The notes under the pieces are model-generated. The model searched no databases, was not told the DNA's origin, and saw nothing but the letters and a program-made list of their open reading frames with translations. Source: Psammoneis japonica (lineage: Eukaryota). Taken from it: a DNA stretch of 64,000 nucleotides. The position numbers were made by a program, and so were the translations under genes. The DNA lies in assembly GCA_008632985.1 (NCBI GenBank), contig QPGO01000259.1, positions 1 to 64,000 of the forward strand. The letters are read 5' to 3'. This document shows positions 61,900-64,000 of this stretch, in pieces. Position 1 is the first letter of the stretch. Every line of letters begins with the position of its first letter.

Positions 61900-64000
61900 G
61901 AACGCTTGCTTTGCATCTGCACAAGAAGCCCCTGCTCTTGGATGGTGTCTCAAATCCAAGCATTTTCTTGATGCCAGTGGCAGGAAGAACAACTGCTTTG
62001 GGCAGCCAGGGCAAGCTCAGCTTGTGTGGCTGCACCCAACAGGAGGGGTGGCAGTGCAACACATGAAAAAGGAGGCTGGGGCAGCTGATTGTCACATTGG
62101 CCAACAAACAAGAAAACAAAGTGTTGACACACAAAGAGCTGCTTGACAAACACCACCAAACTCAAGCCAGCCACCAAGGCAGCACACAACAACTGGAACA
62201 AAAGCACAAGAAGAACACTCCCCTTGACCTGTTCGGGGAGAGAAGTCACAAGTTTTCACAGGTTTCTGAGGACGCATGACGAATCTAATCAGAAAGGTCC
62301 CAAAACTGCGATGCTTGAGTTTCAAAGAGCCACGCAAAATGAGAAACCCATGGAAACTTGCAACTTCTCTTCATGGGCAAGTCAAGGGGAGTGCAACCAA
62401 GCAGTTTGAACACTCTGTCAGGTGAAATGTTCAAGTTTCCATCATCTGGGAGAGGGCTCAAGTTGGTGAGCCGACTTTGGCAATTTGTGTAGAAAACACA
62501 CTGAGCTGTGCGTGCATGGAATCTGGCCCACTTTTGCACCCGCACCACCCCAAGGTGTGCGCACAATGAGCGCACAGCAGCGCAATGTCAGACAGAAGAC
62601 AGTCTTGCATTTTTTGCAATTTGCGTGACAAATTGCCGTCGACGCCGATGATGATGACAATTTTCAGATGCTGACAGAGGACAACTTTGCAACAGGCACT
62701 TGATGCACTGATCAACTGCACTGCGCAGAACACATGTGTGTGAAGAAAGTCCCCAGGGCAAACTCACAATCATTCGATGATCAAATGCGCAAAACGACGG
62801 TCAAAAAACAGAGCTCCTCATTGGTGTGACGTTTTGCGCTTTAATGGAGGTTGCTTGCAGGGACTTTCATGACTGAATGCATTCTCAAACACAACAAACT
62901 AAATGTCCACAAGGCGAGTCAGAATTGAAGCTGTGTCCCGCCTCAAGCTTCCGCATGCAATGGGGGGGGGGGGGGGGGTCAAAATTGTCCATTTGTCACA
63001 GCACGTAGAATCTACATGGGTTCTGGCATTGACCTCATTGCAGGCACAGTCAGCCAACAACCCGACAATCACAGCGCACGCAGGGCCTGCGCAGGTCATG
63101 GTGTTGAACTTGCCATTGAGTCTTTTCAGCGCACAACCTGCGTGATCACGACTGCAACTTGTGGCAGCGTTTCCATTCTTGAACTGACTGTCGCAGTGGG
63201 ATTTGCACCAGGTGCTGAGAAGCTGTGATTGGCAAGTGGGCTGTGATCCAAGAAGGAATCTGGAACCTTGAAGGGGGTGGGGTTTGGAGGCGGAACACAC
63301 AACCAACTCAGACTTGCCCAACAACAAAAGACTCTTGGACACGTCGCTGTCATCGCTGTCGTCACGACAATGCACCACCATCACATCGCCGATTGTTGGT
63401 GACAAGACGCGCAGTGTGCTGTGCGTTTCTCGTGCAGCAGAAAATCCTGAAAAATCAAATTGTCGTGCCTTTGCCCCTTCTTCTGCGATTGCCTTAAGAA
63501 GCTGTCAGCAGTGGCATGCACAAAAAAGCAATGAGCTGTTCCAAGACTGTGCTTGCCAGCGCACAAAGGATTCATCAGAGAACACTTTCTTGCACAAGCC
63601 AGTCGAAGACTGGGCTGAAAGAAGAGCAAAAGAGTGCGCCAAAAACAAAGGGCCAAGCAATCCAGCCATTTGTGAAAAAGCAAATGGCAGCATGTGTGAC
63701 TTGCACACAAAGATTTCAGATCTGATGTGGGCAACACTTTGGGAAAGAACTGCAAGTCCACAGCTCAAAACTTCAAGCTGGTTGTGGAAAGAGGTGCTGA
63801 GCCAATGCTTTGCACCCCCCCCCCCCCCCCCCCCAAAAAAAAGCTTAAAAAACAAACCTGAAGCTGCAAGCACCTGCAGCGCCAAACAAGGGTGGCACCA
63901 CAGACAGCTGAGGCCAGCACAAAAAAGAAATGGAGCATGCAGACAGAGCTGAAAGACACTTGGCTCCTGTGAAAACTGCAGCCTTAGAGAGATGCTGATC
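61900..64000 (+). mobile_element. Degraded dispersed repeat, copy 2 (related to 53640-56100), runs off the window
   Basis: Two alignable blocks shared with copy 1. Confidence 0.65.

Noticed and set aside
43987..63834. Long G/C homopolymers (~43990, ~62962, ~63815)
   Set aside because: Simple runs of uncertain length in the assembly; no supporting structure

Overview
Eukaryotic genomic DNA, most likely from a pennate diatom. This is inferred from a bipartite plastid-type targeting peptide, short GT-AG introns, a CoDi-like Copia, a CryptonS-like element and diatom-style secreted proteins. The window alternates between six gene islands holding 7 host genes with ordinary dinucleotide content, and blocks of degraded transposons and repeats (about 1-12660, 14700-21230, 25050-35470, 37860-40750, 43030-48050, 53500-56130, 57470-64000). 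The dominant signal is that the repeat blocks have lost almost every TpA dinucleotide, converted on both strands to TpG or CpA (A:T to G:C). This is shown directly by aligning a young unmutated MITE copy (28340-28735) to older copies, by a 105-bp local duplication in which only one copy is converted, and by conserved Tyr codons of Copia RT, Crypton recombinase and piggyBac transposase now reading His or Cys. It looks like a repeat-targeted, TpA-specific A-to-G hypermutation process, the opposite polarity to fungal RIP, and a candidate genome-defence system that I do not recognise as described. A base-calling artefact has to be excluded first. Also present are a family of TIR elements sharing a conserved 21-bp end architecture and 4-bp TSDs, a ~1.4-kb macrosatellite carrying (TTTTCGCA)n, and an exon-duplicated secreted protein. 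All counts and coordinates were made by eye.
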